Of a stretch of 64,000 nt of DNA, positions 63,201 through 64,000 are shown piece after piece. The stretch's first letter is position 1; each line of letters starts with the position of its first letter. The position numbers and the translations under genes are program-made. The stretch is from Selaginella moellendorffii (lineage: Eukaryota; Plantae; Lycopodiophyta). The DNA lies in NCBI RefSeq assembly GCF_000143415.4, contig NW_003314262.1:925460-989459 (forward strand), written 5' to 3'. The notes beneath the pieces are model-generated. The model was not told where the DNA came from, ran no database searches, and saw only the letters and a program-made list of their open reading frames with translations.

Positions 63201-64000
63201 GAGAGGACAACTCACTAAAGGAACTAAAGCAGCCTTTTTGTGCTTACTCTCGGTGAAGAGTGACAAAAAGACAAGAACGGAAGAAGTGCCTTTAGTGATC
63301 CAGCGGGTGTTGGACCAATTCCAGGATACCATGCCGGAGGAGCTACCGGCGGGGCTGCCCCCAGCACGACCGATAGAACATAAGATTGAGCTGGTCGAGG
63401 GTGCTGAGGCAGTGGTTCGTCCCCCTTATCGTTTGAACGAAAAAGAACTCAAGGAGCTCAAGTGCCAACTAGAGGAGTTGGTGGACAAAGGGTATGTTAG
63501 GTTGAGCAAGTCGCCGTATGGGGCGCCGGTGTTATTTGTGAAAAAGAAAGATGGATCTATGCGCATGTGCATAGACTACCGCTTGCTCAACAAGTATACA
63601 AAGAAGAACAAGTACCCTTTGCCAAGGATTGAGGACCTGTTCGATAGGTTGGGAAAGGCAAAATACTTCTCGAGGATTGACCTAAGGTCAGGATACTACC
63701 AGATTAGGGTAGCCGAGGAAGATGTCGAGAAGACAACCTGTCGAACGAGGTATGGGAGCTTTGAGTTTCTGGTGATGCCCTTCGGGCTATGTAATGCGCC
63801 GGCAACGTTTTCGGCGCTAATGAACCACGTCTTTGTACCCTATCTGGATCACTTCGTGGTCGTCTATATCGACGACATCCTGATCTATAGCGAGACGCTA
63901 GAAGAGCATGCCGAACACTTGGCGAAGGTGTTTGAGAAACTAAGGGAACACAAGCTGTATGCTAAAGAGAGCAAATGTGACTTTGCTCAACAAGAGGTAA
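60285..64000 (+). mobile_element. Family-D Ty3/gypsy element, near intact, running off the window
   Basis: The 5' LTR 60285-61444 has TGTAAG...CTTACA termini and a GAGTCC/GAGATC repeat array (~60375-60655). PBS TGGTATCGGAGCC is at 61448-61460. Confidence 0.95.
61504..64000 (+). CDS. Single-frame Gag-Pol of family D (partial; one in-frame TAG at 61702-61704)
   Basis: One frame gives gag (PPVFKG..DW.YDMEDYF, AKSWW), [18 protein letters not shown] (~62602-62643), protease [10 protein letters not shown] (62821), [10 protein letters not shown] and YIDD (63865-63876). It stays open to the window end. Confidence 0.9.

Overview
This is eukaryotic plant genomic DNA. Compact genes with ~45-55 nt introns, ciliary/basal-body genes and Ty3/gypsy elements point to a seed-free plant with flagellated sperm, Selaginella-like by inference. 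There are four 100-N gaps. Two gene islands alternate with retrotransposon islands. Island 1 (~3.5-9.8 kb) holds a kinesin-2-associated protein (KAP/KIFAP3/FLA3) and a minus-strand multi-exon coiled-coil gene. Island 2 (~27.6-33.6 kb) holds a CCDC57 orthologue, an intronless F-box gene and a DUF4057 gene. The rest is nested LTR retrotransposons, labelled here as families A-E. A: 1.5-1.75 kb minisatellite-containing LTRs with a non-coding, LARD-like interior. B: ~230 bp LTRs with gypsy gag-pol. C: ~1 kb LTRs with a non-coding interior. D: a near-intact autonomous gypsy. E: a decayed chromovirus. Everything from 35.4 kb to the window end reads as one nest inside a single B copy. The most notable signals are a 5S-rRNA-derived, Cassandra-like LTR fragment; six back-to-back hairpins, two of them tRNA T-arm/box-B mimics, inside the non-coding A element; A and D LTRs sitting at the same nucleotide in two separate B copies; and an LTR core shared by A, C and D, suggesting a helper/passenger system. 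All protein family calls are from recalled motifs, not database searches.
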